Numbered from the whole stretch's first letter, positions 29,930 through 41,505 are shown. The stretch: 59,051 bases of DNA, filler included, from 3 parts of 3 records of this genome joined end to end with filler, not necessarily neighbours in it, one strand, 5' to 3'. Numbers and translations are program-made. Notes: generated from the sequence alone by a model not told the origin.

Positions 29930-31405
29930 ATGACGCGCAGTTCAAACAAGATGATCCAAAACTTTATCGCCGGTCAGTATGTGCCCGGGTCTGAAGGAAA
30001 GACCTTTGACGATATTTCCCCTGTCGATGGTTCGCTGGTCGCAACCGTTTGTGAGGCCAGCCGGACAGATGTGGACAGGGCGGTGGAGGCGGCCAGAAAG
30101 GCGCTTGAAGGGCCGTGGGGAAATATGCCGGCGAGCCAACGCAGCCGACTGCTACATGCCGTTGCGGATCGCATAGAGGCGCGGTTCGAGGAATTCCTCG
30201 CCGCGGAAATAGCGGATACCGGCAAACCTCACGCGCTTGCCAGCACGGTGGATATTCCGCGCGGTGCGGCCAATTTTCGCATCTTCGCGGATCTGATCCG
30301 CAACGAGCCCGAACGGGTTTTCCAGCAGGAAACAGAAGACGGTCTCGGGGCGCTGAACTATACTGTGCGCAATCCCAAGGGTGTCATTGCTGTAATCAGT
30401 CCATGGAATCTGCCGATGCTGCTGATGACCTGGAAGGTCGCGCCCGCGTTGGCATGTGGCAATACGATCGTTGCAAAACCTTCTGAAGACACGCCCGCCA
30501 CTGCGACACTCCTTGGCGAGGTGATGAACGAGGTGGGCATTCCGCCGGGGGTGTTCAATGTTGTCCATGGTTTCGGCCCCGGGTCGGCTGGAGAATTTCT
30601 CACGAACCATCCCGATGTCGATGCCATCACCTTTACGGGCGAGACCGGAACAGGTGAAATCATCGCGAAGGCCGCCGCAAATGGCGTAAGGGATATTTCT
30701 TCCGAACTGGGTGGCAAGAACGCATCGCTGGTTTTTGCCGATTGTGATCTGGACAAGGCGGTTGCGGGCACGGTCCGTTCATCCTTTACAAATTGCGGAC
30801 AGGTCTGCCTGTGTACAGAGCGGGTCTATGTCGAACGCCCGATATTTGATGAATTTGTGCGCCGGGTCGCCGAGGAGACCCGCAAACTCCGCATCGGAAC
30901 ACCGACCGATGAGGGCACCAACATTGGCCCGCTGGTGAGCCGCAAGCATCGGGACAAGGTTCTTCAGTATTTCGAGGCCGCGCGTTCAGAGGGGGCCAAG
31001 ATCCACGCCGGAGGCGGCATCCCGGATATGGGTCAGGAGCTTGGGCAAGGGGCCTGGATCGAACCGACGATTTGGACCGGTCTGCCGGAAACCAGCACTG
31101 TGATCCGCGAAGAGATCTTTGGTCCGTGCTGCCATATCCAGCCCTTCGACAGCGAAGATGATGCGATCCGGATGGCAAATGACACGCCTTATGGTCTGGC
31201 AAGTGTCATCTGGACAGAAAACCTGTCACGCGCCCATCGCGTCGCGCCGCAGCTGGAGACTGGCATCACATGGGTCAATACATGGAACCTGCGTGATCTG
31301 CGGACACCTTTTGGCGGCGCAAAGGCGTCTGGGACCGGTCGCGAAGGTGGGGCTTACTCGCTCGAATTTTACACTGAAATCAAGAACATCTGCATCAAGA
31401 TTTAG
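29930..31405 (+). CDS. 2-amino/2-hydroxymuconic semialdehyde dehydrogenase (AmnC/DmpC/XylG family)
   Basis: DIPRGAANF, PWNLP, FTGETGTG, ELGGK, GQVCLC, EEIFGP. Confidence 0.92.
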   Translation: MTRSSNKMIQNFIAGQYVPGSEGKTFDDISPVDGSLVATVCEASRTDVDRAVEAARKALEGPWGNMPASQRSRLLHAVADRIEARFEEFLAAEIADTGKPHALASTVDIPRGAANFRIFADLIRNEPERVFQQETEDGLGALNYTVRNPKGVIAVISPWNLPMLLMTWKVAPALACGNTIVAKPSEDTPATATLLGEVMNEVGIPPGVFNVVHGFGPGSAGEFLTNHPDVDAITFTGETGTGEIIAKAAANGVRDISSELGGKNASLVFADCDLDKAVAGTVRSSFTNCGQVCLCTERVYVERPIFDEFVRRVAEETRKLRIGTPTDEGTNIGPLVSRKHRDKVLQYFEAARSEGAKIHAGGGIPDMGQELGQGAWIEPTIWTGLPETSTVIREEIFGPCCHIQPFDSEDDAIRMANDTPYGLASVIWTENLSRAHRVAPQLETGITWVNTWNLRDLRTPFGGAKASGTGREGGAYSLEFYTEIKNICIKI

Positions 31406-31414
31406 GAGGCCATC

Positions 31415-32212
31415 GTGGCTGAAAACAAGGATAAGATTGAAAGTGCGGCAGCCGCACTTTTTGAGGCGCACAGATCCGGCAAACCTTGCCCGCCGGTCCG
31501 CGATTTGATCGGAACCGGTAACATCGATGCGGCCTATGCGGTTCAACAGCTCAACACGGCGCGCTGGCAAGAAGAAGGGCGCGTTCTCTGTGGCCGAAAA
31601 ATTGGTCTTACATCGAAGGTTGTGCAAAACCAACTCGGTGTTGATCAACCCGACTTTGGCCAATTGTTTGCGGATATGGATGTGCCTGACGGGGAAGAGA
31701 TCCCTGTCGGGAAGGTGCTTCAGCCCAAGGTGGAGGCAGAGATTGCATTCCGCATCGGCCAGGACCTCGACTGCGAGAACCTGACATCGGCCGATATCCT
31801 GAGCAGCATCGAATATGCTGTTGCAGCGATTGAAGTTGTCGGAAGCCGGGTGGAAAATTGGGATATCTCCATCCTCGACACAATCGCAGACAACGCGTCA
31901 TCTGGTCTTTTTGTGATCGGCCAGGAGCCCAAAGCGGTTGCTGACTTTGACCTGCGCCTGTGTGGCATGGTGATGGAGTGTCGTGGTGAGCCGGTTTCAG
32001 CCGGTGCTGGCGCTGCCTGTCTCGGCAGCCCGGTGAACGCAACGCTCTGGCTTGCCCAAACGATGGCGCGCGTCGGCGCACCCCTGCGCAAGGGCGATCT
32101 GGTGCTTTCGGGCGCGTTGGGGCCGATGGTTCCGGCCAATCCGGGCGATGTCTTCGAAGCCAGGATCAATGGGCTTGGCTCCGTCCGGGCCGCCTTTGCA
32201 GCGGAGGCGTGA
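31415..32212 (+). CDS. mhpD: 2-oxopent-4-enoate hydratase
   Basis: [38 protein letters not shown]. Confidence 0.9.
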   Translation: MAENKDKIESAAAALFEAHRSGKPCPPVRDLIGTGNIDAAYAVQQLNTARWQEEGRVLCGRKIGLTSKVVQNQLGVDQPDFGQLFADMDVPDGEEIPVGKVLQPKVEAEIAFRIGQDLDCENLTSADILSSIEYAVAAIEVVGSRVENWDISILDTIADNASSGLFVIGQEPKAVADFDLRLCGMVMECRGEPVSAGAGAACLGSPVNATLWLAQTMARVGAPLRKGDLVLSGALGPMVPANPGDVFEARINGLGSVRAAFAAEA

Positions 32213-32213
32213 C

Positions 32214-33155
32214 ATGAGCAAGATCAAATGCGCAATCATCGGATCCGGCAATATCGGCACCGATCTCATGATCAAGATCATGCGGACGTCCGATCTCTTG
32301 GAAATGGCCGCCATGGTTGGAATTGACCCCCACAGTGACGGGCTTGCCCGCGCTGAACGGCTTGATGTTGCCACCACACACAAAGGGCTGGAAGGGTTAC
32401 GCGCCTTGCCTGAGTATGCCGACATCAGGATCGTCTTTGATGCGACCTCTGCCGGGGCGCACCTGCGCCACTCCGAAGCCCTTGTCGGAGATGGTAAGCA
32501 GGTGATTGATCTGACCCCCGCAGCCATCGGGCCTTACACGATCCCACCCGTTAATATCGATGATCATCTCGATGCACCAAACGTCAATATGGTCACCTGC
32601 GGCGGTCAGGCGACAATTCCGATGGTGGCGGCAGTCAACCGGATCAGCCCGGTACACTACGGCGAAATTGTCGCTTCGATTTCCTCAAAATCTGCGGGCC
32701 CAGGCACACGCGCCAATATCGACGAATTCACCGAGACAACTGCGGAAGCCATTGAAAAGGTTGGCGGTGCGCGCAGGGGCAAAGCGATCATTGTCCTCAA
32801 TCCAGCGGAGCCGCCCCTGATCATGCGCGATACCGTCTTTTGCCTTTGTGACGATGCAGATCAGGACGCGATCCGCCAGTCTGTAAAGGACATGGTAGAA
32901 ACCGTGCAAAGTTATGTGCCGGGTTACCGTTTGAAGCAGGATGTGCAGTTCGAGCGCATTGGGGGGAACGATCCCCTGCGCATTGCTGAGATGGACGAAG
33001 GCTTCACCGGTCTCAAAGTCTCGATTTTTTTGGAGGTCGAAGGGGCCGCCCATTATCTGCCGGCCTATGCCGGGAACCTCGACATCATGACATCGGCAGC
33101 AATGAAAACAGCGGAGCGGCTGGCCGTGAAACGCAATTGGGTGGAGGCCGCCTGA
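32214..33155 (+). CDS. mhpF: Acetaldehyde dehydrogenase (acylating)
   Basis: [32 protein letters not shown]. Confidence 0.95.
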   Translation: MSKIKCAIIGSGNIGTDLMIKIMRTSDLLEMAAMVGIDPHSDGLARAERLDVATTHKGLEGLRALPEYADIRIVFDATSAGAHLRHSEALVGDGKQVIDLTPAAIGPYTIPPVNIDDHLDAPNVNMVTCGGQATIPMVAAVNRISPVHYGEIVASISSKSAGPGTRANIDEFTETTAEAIEKVGGARRGKAIIVLNPAEPPLIMRDTVFCLCDDADQDAIRQSVKDMVETVQSYVPGYRLKQDVQFERIGGNDPLRIAEMDEGFTGLKVSIFLEVEGAAHYLPAYAGNLDIMTSAAMKTAERLAVKRNWVEAA

Positions 33156-33156
33156 G

Positions 33157-34182
33157 ATGACAAAGCTTTATATTCAGGATGTGACTTTGCGGGACGGCAT
33201 GCATGCCGTGCGCCATCAATACGATCTGGGCCATGTCCGCGCGATTGCGCAAGCCCTTGATGAAGCAGGTGTGGATGCCATCGAAGTTGCGCATGGTGAC
33301 GGGCTGACAGGGTCCACATTCAACTACGGATTTGGGGCACACACCGACGCGGCATGGATTTCGGAGGCCGCGAAGGTTTGCAAGAACGCCCGCCTTACCA
33401 CGCTACTGTTGCCGGGAATTGGGACCATTGAAGATCTTAAAAGGGCGCGCGACCTTGGTGTTCAATCTGTCCGTATCGCGACCCATTCAACTGAGGCCGA
33501 CGTCTCCGCACAGCACATTTCTGCTGCTAAGGAAATGGGCCTTGATGTGTCAGGCTTCTTGATGATGGCACATATGACGCCGCCCGAGACCCTCGCTGCC
33601 GAGGCTGCCAAGATGGAAAGCTACGGCGCGGATTGTATCTACGTCACGGATTCCGGCGGAGGGCTCACGATGACAGGCGTCAGTGAACGCTTTGGCGCTT
33701 ACACATCCGCGCTGGACCCCAAAACCGAACGTGGCGCACACATGCATGAAAATCTGTCACTGGGTGTCGCGAATTCCGTCGTTGCCGTTGAAAACGGTGC
33801 AACGCGGGTTGATGCCTCCCTTGCCGGGATGGGGGCAGGCGCGGGTAATTGCCCGCTTGAAGCATTCATCGCCGTCGCGAACCTCTATGGTTGGGACCAC
33901 AATTGCGACTTGTTCAAGCTGCAAGACGCCGCAGAAGATTTGGTGCGTCCGCTGCAAGATCGCCCGGTCCGGGTCGACCGTGAGACAATGACACTTGGAT
34001 ATGCAGGCGTCTATTCGAGCTTTCTGCGGCATGCGGAACGCGCCTGTGAAACCTATGGCATCGATACCCGCGAAATTCTGGTGGAGCTTGGGCGCCGCCG
34101 AATGGTTGGCGGGCAGGAAGACATGATCATCGATGTGGCGCTTGATCTCGTCAAAGCAAAAGAAATGAAGGCAGCACAATGA
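33157..34182 (+). CDS. mhpE: 4-hydroxy-2-oxovalerate aldolase
   Basis: [31 protein letters not shown]. Confidence 0.95.
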   Translation: MTKLYIQDVTLRDGMHAVRHQYDLGHVRAIAQALDEAGVDAIEVAHGDGLTGSTFNYGFGAHTDAAWISEAAKVCKNARLTTLLLPGIGTIEDLKRARDLGVQSVRIATHSTEADVSAQHISAAKEMGLDVSGFLMMAHMTPPETLAAEAAKMESYGADCIYVTDSGGGLTMTGVSERFGAYTSALDPKTERGAHMHENLSLGVANSVVAVENGATRVDASLAGMGAGAGNCPLEAFIAVANLYGWDHNCDLFKLQDAAEDLVRPLQDRPVRVDRETMTLGYAGVYSSFLRHAERACETYGIDTREILVELGRRRMVGGQEDMIIDVALDLVKAKEMKAAQ

Positions 34183-34943
34183 CACTTGAAACCATTGCTC
34201 AGCAACTTGATGAAGCGGCCGCGACCGGCCAGGCGATACCGCAATTCTCCGAAACGCAGGCGATGTCCGTTGACGAAGCCTATGCAGTTCAAAGCTTGTC
34301 CATGGCATTGCGGCGTGCCCGAGGGGAGCGTCCGATCGGCTTTAAAATGGGGCTGACCAGCAAGGCTAAAATGAAGCAGGTCGGTGTTGAAGAGGTAATC
34401 TGGGGCCATCTGACCGACGCCATGCAAGTCGAGGATGGCGGTGAGTTTTCGATCTCAGGGGGGGTGCACCCACGCGCAGAGCCTGAGATTGCGTTTGTGA
34501 TGGGACAAACGCTCTCCGGGGATGTCAGCGCTGCCGAGGCAATGGCTGCCGTTGAATATGTCAGCCCCGCCATCGAGATCATTGACAGCAGATATCGCGA
34601 CTTCAAGTTTGCGCTCAGCGATGTTGTCGCTGACAACACGTCCGCCTCAAAATTTGTTCTTGGCAATCGGTACAGTCCGGATACGGATATTTCGAACCTT
34701 GGCATGATTGTCGAAGTAAACGGCGCAACGCGTGCCGTTGGTTCATCGGCGGCCATCCTCGGCCATCCCGTGCGCTCCCTCATGGCGGCCTCAAAGATGC
34801 TGGCAAAGTGGGGTCACAGCCTGCAACCCGGAGACATTCTTCTGGCCGGAGCGGCGACGGAAGCGATCCCGCTAACCGCTGATCAATCCGTCAGAGTCGT
34901 GGTTCAAAATCTGGGTCAGGTCTCTTTCCACACAAAATCCTAA
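34179..34943 (+). CDS. dmpH: 4-oxalocrotonate decarboxylase (DmpH/AmnE)
   Basis: [34 protein letters not shown]. Confidence 0.88.
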   Translation: MTLETIAQQLDEAAATGQAIPQFSETQAMSVDEAYAVQSLSMALRRARGERPIGFKMGLTSKAKMKQVGVEEVIWGHLTDAMQVEDGGEFSISGGVHPRAEPEIAFVMGQTLSGDVSAAEAMAAVEYVSPAIEIIDSRYRDFKFALSDVVADNTSASKFVLGNRYSPDTDISNLGMIVEVNGATRAVGSSAAILGHPVRSLMAASKMLAKWGHSLQPGDILLAGAATEAIPLTADQSVRVVVQNLGQVSFHTKS

Positions 34944-34970
34944 TAACAACGATTTCACGGAGAATACACG

Positions 34971-35525
34971 ATGCCTCGAATTGGTATGAAACTGCCCGAC
35001 GTCACATTTCGTTTGCGGGTGCGCGACGAAAGTGTTGGTGGGGATAATCCCTACACATGGTGTGAAAAGACGACACAGGATTTTTTTGCTGGCAAGCGAT
35101 GCATCTTGTTTTCGTTGCCGGGGGCCTTCACACCCACATGTTCGACTTACCAACTCCCCGGTTTTGAGCGGGCGGCAAAAGAGTTTGCTGCGGAAGGTGT
35201 TCAGGAGATTTATTGCCTGTCCGTCAATGACGCGTTTGTCATGAACAAATGGGCGGCTGATCAGGGGCTCTCTGCGGTCAAAGTCATTCCGGATGGCTCT
35301 GCAGAATTCACCCGAAAAATGGGCATGCTGGTTCAGAAGGACAATTTGGGCTTCGGCATGAGAAGCTGGCGATACGCGGCGCTGGTGGATGACGGCAAAA
35401 TCGTTTCATGGTTTGAGGAACCCGGATTTGAAGACAATTGTAACGATGATCCTTACGGGGAAAGCAGCCCGGAAAATATTCTTAGCCATCTCAAAGAGTC
35501 TAACCCGTTCTCTGCGACAGCCTGA
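34971..35525 (+). CDS. Peroxiredoxin (Prx5/redoxin family)
   Basis: PGAFTPTCS, SVNDAFVM, GMRSWRY. Confidence 0.92.
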   Translation: MPRIGMKLPDVTFRLRVRDESVGGDNPYTWCEKTTQDFFAGKRCILFSLPGAFTPTCSTYQLPGFERAAKEFAAEGVQEIYCLSVNDAFVMNKWAADQGLSAVKVIPDGSAEFTRKMGMLVQKDNLGFGMRSWRYAALVDDGKIVSWFEEPGFEDNCNDDPYGESSPENILSHLKESNPFSATA

Positions 35526-36004
35526 CCCAGAAAACTGGGGCGAGAATAGTTCCTGTTCTCTCAAAAACGTAGCAAGAGAGGTGAGGCGATTATTGTCAGC
35601 CCAATCTCTGAATAGAATGACCCTTTGCCAACAGCAAAGGGTCATTTGTTTTGCCTTTGCTTGTCAGATGGCGCCTCTGCGCGGCATTCTTTGACCGCAA
35701 AGCACTTAGATCCACCGTAGCTGCGAAACAATCTCCTGCGGTTGGTGGTGACCGACACCGATCCAATATCCTGTGTTTCGTGCCAATTTGCCCCGACCCT
35801 ATCTGTGGGGGTGGGTTTCAATTGTGGCCCATAGTTTTCTGATCTTATTGGGCAAAAAGTGCAGCAACCATGATTTTGGCGTAACCTCAAGGCCCTGTTG
35901 CGCCGCAAAGGATCATTTTACGTTGCGAAACAGGCAAGATGAGTGATTGTAACTGACCCGCTTGACTGAATACCTTGGTCCAAATGGTCTTTGGGAGGAG
36001 CGCC

Positions 36005-36880
36005 GTGGATTTTCTACAACTCATTATCAGTGGGCTTGCCAACGGCTGCGTCTACGGATTGATCGCTTTGGGGTTTGTGTTGATTTACAAAGCCACCGAA
36101 GCTGTGAACTTTGCCCAAGGCGATTTCATGATGCTGGGTGCATTTGTCTGCATCGGCTTTACCAACCATGAATACATGGGTCTTAACTTTTGGCTTGCTG
36201 TGCCGCTCTCTATCCTTGTGATGGGGGCGCTTGGGTATCTCTTCAATTGGGGCATTTTGCGCCACATGTTTGGCCAATCCCAGACGTCGATTGTCATTCT
36301 GACCATCGCGATGGGGTTTATCATCCGGTTTATTGCCGGCGCTGTCTGGAGCCATGAGCCGACCTCGCTGGAAACGCCCTTTGCCGGTCAGGACATCCGC
36401 TCAGGTGGGCTGGTGCTTGGCATTGACGAAGTGCTGATCGTGGTGGTGACGGCCTTCCTGACTTTGGTGTTCTTTTTGTTCTTCTCCCGCACTCGGATCG
36501 GCCTGGCGATGCAGGCGGCGTCCCAAAACCAATTGGCGGCCTATTACATGGGCATCCCCGTGCGGCGGATTCATAGTCTGGTTTGGGGGCTGTCCGGTAT
36601 GGTTGCTGCGGTTGCAGGGATTTTGTTTGCGTCCAAAGGTGCAATTGATCCCTCAACGGGATTGCTGGGCATCAAGGCATTTGCCGCAGCCGCGATCGGC
36701 GGATTTGGGTCCTTGCCGGGTGCGCTGCTGGGGGGATTGATCATCGGTTTGGTTGAACCTCTGGCCTCGCGCTATGGTCCGCCGGGGGTCAGCCAGATTG
36801 CGCCTTACGCGATTTTGCTGCTCATCCTGATTTTCCGCCCCGGCGGCATCTTCTCCCAGACGCAACGAAAGAAGGTCTAA
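36005..36880 (+). CDS. HAAT ABC permease (LivH-like)
   Basis: GTG after GGAGGAG; VNFAQGDF, GGFGSLPGA. Confidence 0.9.
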   Translation: MDFLQLIISGLANGCVYGLIALGFVLIYKATEAVNFAQGDFMMLGAFVCIGFTNHEYMGLNFWLAVPLSILVMGALGYLFNWGILRHMFGQSQTSIVILTIAMGFIIRFIAGAVWSHEPTSLETPFAGQDIRSGGLVLGIDEVLIVVVTAFLTLVFFLFFSRTRIGLAMQAASQNQLAAYYMGIPVRRIHSLVWGLSGMVAAVAGILFASKGAIDPSTGLLGIKAFAAAAIGGFGSLPGALLGGLIIGLVEPLASRYGPPGVSQIAPYAILLLILIFRPGGIFSQTQRKKV

Positions 36881-36881
36881 G

Positions 36882-37988
36882 ATGCGCTTTGTTTTCAAAA
36901 CCTCTTACGATGCGGATATTTCGCTGTTCAAACACCGGGCGCAGGCCGTGTGGTATGGATTGCTCTTGCTATTGGTGCTTGCTACGCCGCTTTATTTTGT
37001 GGTGATCGGGGATGCCTATTTGCTGGGCGAGATTACCGGCATTCTCATTCTGGCGATTGCGGGCATGGGTCTTATGCTGCTGACGGGGCACACTGGATTG
37101 CCCAGTCTGGGGCATGCCACGTTTATGGCGTTTGGCTGTTATCTTAACATCAACCTGCTGGGCGCGGGTGTGCCCTGGCTTATCGCCTTTCCGCTGTCCG
37201 GGCTGATTGCTGGCGGGTTGGGGACTATGATTGCGCTTCCAGTGTTACGTCTGCACGGCGTCTATCTGGCATTGGCGACCTTGGCGATGTCGATACTGAC
37301 CAGCGATTTTGTCGTGATTGCAGAGCCTTGGACGGGGGGTATCGCAGGTGCAGCGGTGCCGGATATCAATATCCTTGGAATGGAAATCAACCGATACTCA
37401 ACCCCGTACAAATTCTACTATCTGGTCCTATTCGTAGCGATCCTGATTGTCTGGTTTTATCGCAACCTTTTGCGGACCCCGACAGGGCGCAGCTTTACCG
37501 CCGTGCGCGACAGTGAAATCTCAGCAAGGGCGATGGGGATCAACCTGACCAGAACCAAGGCGATGTCATTCTTTCTGTCTGCGACCGCTGCTGGACTTGC
37601 GGGTGCGCTCTTTGGTCATTCGGCGGGCTATGTAACAAACGAGACCTTCGATCTGGTCATGTCGATCACCTTGCTCTTGATGATTGTGATCGGCGGTTTG
37701 GGCTTCATCCATGGCGCATTCTTTGGTGCGATTGTGGTCGGTATCATCCCTGTTGCCATCGCAAATGGGCGCACGTTTCTGTCCACTACGTTTGATGTGA
37801 ACATCAACGTGCCCGGACTGGAAAGCGCGCTATTCGCCTTTATCCTGATCTGTTTCATTCTGTTTGAACCGATGGGGCTTTATGGTCGATGGCTCAAGAT
37901 CCGCACCTATTTTGAACTGTTCCCCTTCTATCGCAAGGACATGTTCAAACGTCAGAAATCCTATCTCAAGACGGATCGTGTCCAATGA
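36882..37988 (+). CDS. HAAT ABC permease (LivM-like)
   Basis: GHTGLPSLGH, AVRDSEISA. Confidence 0.9.
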   Translation: MRFVFKTSYDADISLFKHRAQAVWYGLLLLLVLATPLYFVVIGDAYLLGEITGILILAIAGMGLMLLTGHTGLPSLGHATFMAFGCYLNINLLGAGVPWLIAFPLSGLIAGGLGTMIALPVLRLHGVYLALATLAMSILTSDFVVIAEPWTGGIAGAAVPDINILGMEINRYSTPYKFYYLVLFVAILIVWFYRNLLRTPTGRSFTAVRDSEISARAMGINLTRTKAMSFFLSATAAGLAGALFGHSAGYVTNETFDLVMSITLLLMIVIGGLGFIHGAFFGAIVVGIIPVAIANGRTFLSTTFDVNINVPGLESALFAFILICFILFEPMGLYGRWLKIRTYFELFPFYRKDMFKRQKSYLKTDRVQ

Positions 37989-38776
37989 GCTTGCTTGAAA
38001 TTGATAATGTCACGCTCCGGTTTGGTGGGCTTGTGGCGGTCGACAACGTCTCCTTGCGGGTCAACGAGGGCGAGGTTTTTGCCCTTGTCGGCCCCAACGG
38101 TGCCGGGAAATCCACGATCTTTAACCTGATCTCGCGGTTCTATGATCCCGCCGAAGGGCGTATCCGCTTTGATGGTAAGGATCTGCTCAAACATACTGCG
38201 GATCAGGTGCCCAGCTTTGGCATCGCGCGGACCTTTCAGAACATCGAATTGTTTGAACAAGCCACGGTCTTGCAGAACCTGCTGGTCGGGCGGCACCGTC
38301 ATCGCCAAACCGGGATGCTGTCCAACATCGTGTTCTCGCCCAAAGCCTACCGCGAGGAGTTGCGCCACCGCGAGGCGGTCGAGGAAGTGATCGAATTTTT
38401 GAACCTGCAACCCTACCGTGACAAGATGATCGGCGGTCTGCCCTACGGCGTGCGCAAAGTGGTGGAGCTTGGCCGCGCCTTGGCGTCAGAGCCGAAACTG
38501 CTGCTGTTGGACGAGCCTGCTTCGGGGCTGTCGGTGGAAGAAACCCAAGACATGGCGTTTTGGATTGAGGACATCCAGACCCAGATGGGGATCTCGGTGA
38601 TGATGGTCGAGCATGACATGGGCTTGGTCTCCGCCGTGTCTGGCCGCGTCATGGCCTTGTCGGATGGCAAGGAGCTGGCAACAGGCACCGCCGCCGAAGT
38701 TCAGTCGCACCCGGCTGTTATTGAGGCCTATCTCGGCACTGGCGAGATTTCCAAGACAGGGACATCGCGCGCATGA
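37985..38776 (+). CDS. HAAT ABC ATP-binding protein (LivG-like)
   Basis: GPNGAGKST, ARTFQN, LDEPASGL, VIEAYLG. Confidence 0.92.
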   Translation: MSLLEIDNVTLRFGGLVAVDNVSLRVNEGEVFALVGPNGAGKSTIFNLISRFYDPAEGRIRFDGKDLLKHTADQVPSFGIARTFQNIELFEQATVLQNLLVGRHRHRQTGMLSNIVFSPKAYREELRHREAVEEVIEFLNLQPYRDKMIGGLPYGVRKVVELGRALASEPKLLLLDEPASGLSVEETQDMAFWIEDIQTQMGISVMMVEHDMGLVSAVSGRVMALSDGKELATGTAAEVQSHPAVIEAYLGTGEISKTGTSRA

Positions 38777-39567
38777 ACACCCAGAACACCAAACCCGACG
38801 TCGTTTTGCAGATCGACAACCTCGAAAGCTATTACGGGCCAATCATGGCCATCCGCGGCGTCAGTCTGAAAGTCCATGAGGGCCAAATCGTCACCGTGCT
38901 AGGGGCCAATGGCGCGGGTAAAACTACATTGCTCAAGACGATCTCGGGGGTGATGGACCCCGAGAAAGGCACGGTCACAATGGAGGGGACTGACATCCAA
39001 TCCATGGAGCCGGATGCCATCGTGCGGCGCGGCATCGTTCATGTGCCGGAAGGGCGCGAGATTTTCCCGCTGATGACGGTTGCCGAAAACATCGCGATGG
39101 GCGCCTATACCCGCAAAGACCGCAGCGCGATCGCGGCGGATGAGGAAATGGTCTATTCCTACTTTCCGATCTTGAAAGACCGCCGAAATCAACGCGCAGG
39201 CACCCTGTCGGGCGGCCAACAACAGATGCTGGCCATCGGGCGTGGACTGATGTCGCACCCCAAGCTGATGCTGCTGGATGAGCCGAGCCTTGGCCTCTCT
39301 CCTTTGCTGACGCAGGAGATATTTGAGATCATTGTGAGGCTCAACAAAGAGCAAAAGGTCACGATGATGCTGGTCGAGCAGAACGCCAAGGTGGCACTTG
39401 ATGCGGCTGACTATGGGTATGTGATGGAGTTGGGGCGCATCGTCATGAACGATTCCGCTGACGTGCTGGCAGCCTCCAAAGACATTCAGGAATTCTATCT
39501 TGGCGTCAGTCAGGATGAGAACCAGCGCGGGCAACGCCGCTGGAAACAACGCAAGACGTGGCGATAG
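38773..39567 (+). CDS. HAAT ABC ATP-binding protein (LivF-like)
   Basis: GANGAGKTT, LSGGQQQM, DEPSLGL. Confidence 0.92.
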   Translation: MNTQNTKPDVVLQIDNLESYYGPIMAIRGVSLKVHEGQIVTVLGANGAGKTTLLKTISGVMDPEKGTVTMEGTDIQSMEPDAIVRRGIVHVPEGREIFPLMTVAENIAMGAYTRKDRSAIAADEEMVYSYFPILKDRRNQRAGTLSGGQQQMLAIGRGLMSHPKLMLLDEPSLGLSPLLTQEIFEIIVRLNKEQKVTMMLVEQNAKVALDAADYGYVMELGRIVMNDSADVLAASKDIQEFYLGVSQDENQRGQRRWKQRKTWR

Positions 39568-39576
39568 GGATTGAGC

Positions 39577-41457
39577 ATGACAGACACACTCCCCCCTCAG
39601 GAAAAAGTACACGGGCTGATGATCAATTCGGACCTGTCGCAGGGCCCGTTCTACATCGATGGCATGGATACAACGCCCAAACTGCTCCGCTTGCGGTGCC
39701 AGACCTTGGGCAACCGGACCGCGCACCGCGAAAAGACATTCGGGATCTGGCGATCCCATTCGTGGAACGATTATTTCACCCGCGCCAAACATCTTGGCCT
39801 TGGATTGCTGTCCTTGGGGTTGCAGCGCGGCGAAGTTGTTTCGATCCTGTCCGAGGACAGCAAGGAATGGATGTACACCGATATGGGTGTGCAATGCGTC
39901 GGCGGCATTTGTTCTGGCGTTTACACCACCGATTCTGCCTCCCAGCTGGAGTATCTCGTCAACAATTCCGACAGCCGGTTTCTGTTTGTCGAAAATGATG
40001 AGCAGTTGGACAAGTTTTTGCAGGTTCGAGACAAAATGCCGGATCTGGCCAAGGTCATTGTGATGGACCGGGAGGGCCTCCACGGGTTCACTGATCCACA
40101 GATCATCTTTCTCGATGAGCTATATGACTTGGGCGCGGCCTATGATGCGGCCAATCCGCAGGCGTTTGATACGGCAATTGACGCAACCAAACCCGAAGAC
40201 ACCGCCATTTTGGTCTATACGTCCGGCACCACAGGCAAGCCCAAAGGCGCGATGATCAGCCACGGCAATCTGATGTATTCCGTGGCGGCAGGCCTGCGCG
40301 ACGCGCCCACCTTTGATACCGATGACCAGCTGTGTTTTTTGCCGCTGTGCCACATTCTGGAACGGGTGTTTTCGGTCAATGCGCCCATCGCGGCGGGCTC
40401 GACCACCAATTTTGCCGAAAGCCCGGAAACGATCTTTGACAACCTGCAAGAGGTCAGCCCACAAACCTTCGTGGCTGTGCCCCGACTGTGGGAAAAGATC
40501 TATAGTCAGGTCGCTATCCGCATTGGCGATGCGACCGGCCTGCAAAAGTGGGCCTATGCGCAGGCTTTGAAGGCGGGCGGCGCGCGCGCGGCCTGTCTGG
40601 CCGAAGGCAAATCACTGCCATTTGGTGCAATTCTCGCCTATCGTTTCTGGGACTTGGCGCTGCTGCAAAACCTGCGGCGGATGATCGGGATGGACCGGCT
40701 GCGGCGCGGCGGCTCTGGGGCCGCTCCCATCTCGCCAGAATTGTTGCAGTGGTATCATGCCATCGGCGTGCCGGTGCTGGAAGGCTACGGCATGACCGAA
40801 AGCTCTGGTGTGATTTGCATCAACTGCGATGAAACCAACAAGATCGGCACCGTTGGCAGGGCATTGCCGGGCGCCGAGATCCGCATTTCGGATGAGGGTG
40901 AAATCCAGTATAAGGCTGGCAATGTGTTTCAGGGCTACTGGAAAAACCCGGAAAAGACGGCCGAGACCTTTACGGAGGATGGCTGGCTGCGGACCGGTGA
41001 TGTGGGGATGCTGGACAATCAAGGGTTCCTCAAAATCACCGGCCGCCTGAAAGACATTATCATCACGGCAGGGGGCAAGAATATCACGCCCGCAGAGATC
41101 GAAAACAAACTCAAGTTTTCGCCCTACATTTCGGACGTTGTGGTGATCGGGGACAAACGAAAATTCCTGACCTGTCTGGTGATGATTGATCAGGAGAACG
41201 TCGAGAAATTCGCGCAAGACCGGCGCGTACCGTTCTCAAACTATGCCTCGCTTTGTGCTGCGCCAGAGGTGCAGGATCTGATCCGCGAGACTGTCGAAGA
41301 GGTGAACAAGGATTTCGCGCGTGTCGAGCAGATCAAGGATTTCCGCCTGATCGATGTATTGCTGACCGCAGACGACGATGAACTTACGCCGACCATGAAG
41401 CTCAAACGCAGCTTTGTGGAAACCAAACATGCAGAGCTGATCAGCCAGATGTATTGA
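39577..41457 (+). CDS. AMP-dependent long-chain acyl-CoA synthetase-like protein
   Basis: YTSGTTGKPKG, EGYGMTE, WLRTGD, ELTPTMKLKR. Confidence 0.92.
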   Translation: MTDTLPPQEKVHGLMINSDLSQGPFYIDGMDTTPKLLRLRCQTLGNRTAHREKTFGIWRSHSWNDYFTRAKHLGLGLLSLGLQRGEVVSILSEDSKEWMYTDMGVQCVGGICSGVYTTDSASQLEYLVNNSDSRFLFVENDEQLDKFLQVRDKMPDLAKVIVMDREGLHGFTDPQIIFLDELYDLGAAYDAANPQAFDTAIDATKPEDTAILVYTSGTTGKPKGAMISHGNLMYSVAAGLRDAPTFDTDDQLCFLPLCHILERVFSVNAPIAAGSTTNFAESPETIFDNLQEVSPQTFVAVPRLWEKIYSQVAIRIGDATGLQKWAYAQALKAGGARAACLAEGKSLPFGAILAYRFWDLALLQNLRRMIGMDRLRRGGSGAAPISPELLQWYHAIGVPVLEGYGMTESSGVICINCDETNKIGTVGRALPGAEIRISDEGEIQYKAGNVFQGYWKNPEKTAETFTEDGWLRTGDVGMLDNQGFLKITGRLKDIIITAGGKNITPAEIENKLKFSPYISDVVVIGDKRKFLTCLVMIDQENVEKFAQDRRVPFSNYASLCAAPEVQDLIRETVEEVNKDFARVEQIKDFRLIDVLLTADDDELTPTMKLKRSFVETKHAELISQMY

Positions 41458-41505
41458 CATAACGCTGACAAGCTTTTCACATAAAAACATAAAGGGAGAA
41501 GACGA

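Noticed and set aside
35526-36004. Short ORFs and partial inverted repeats upstream of the second ABC operon
   Set aside because: No recognisable protein motif, IS end or convincing operator palindrome
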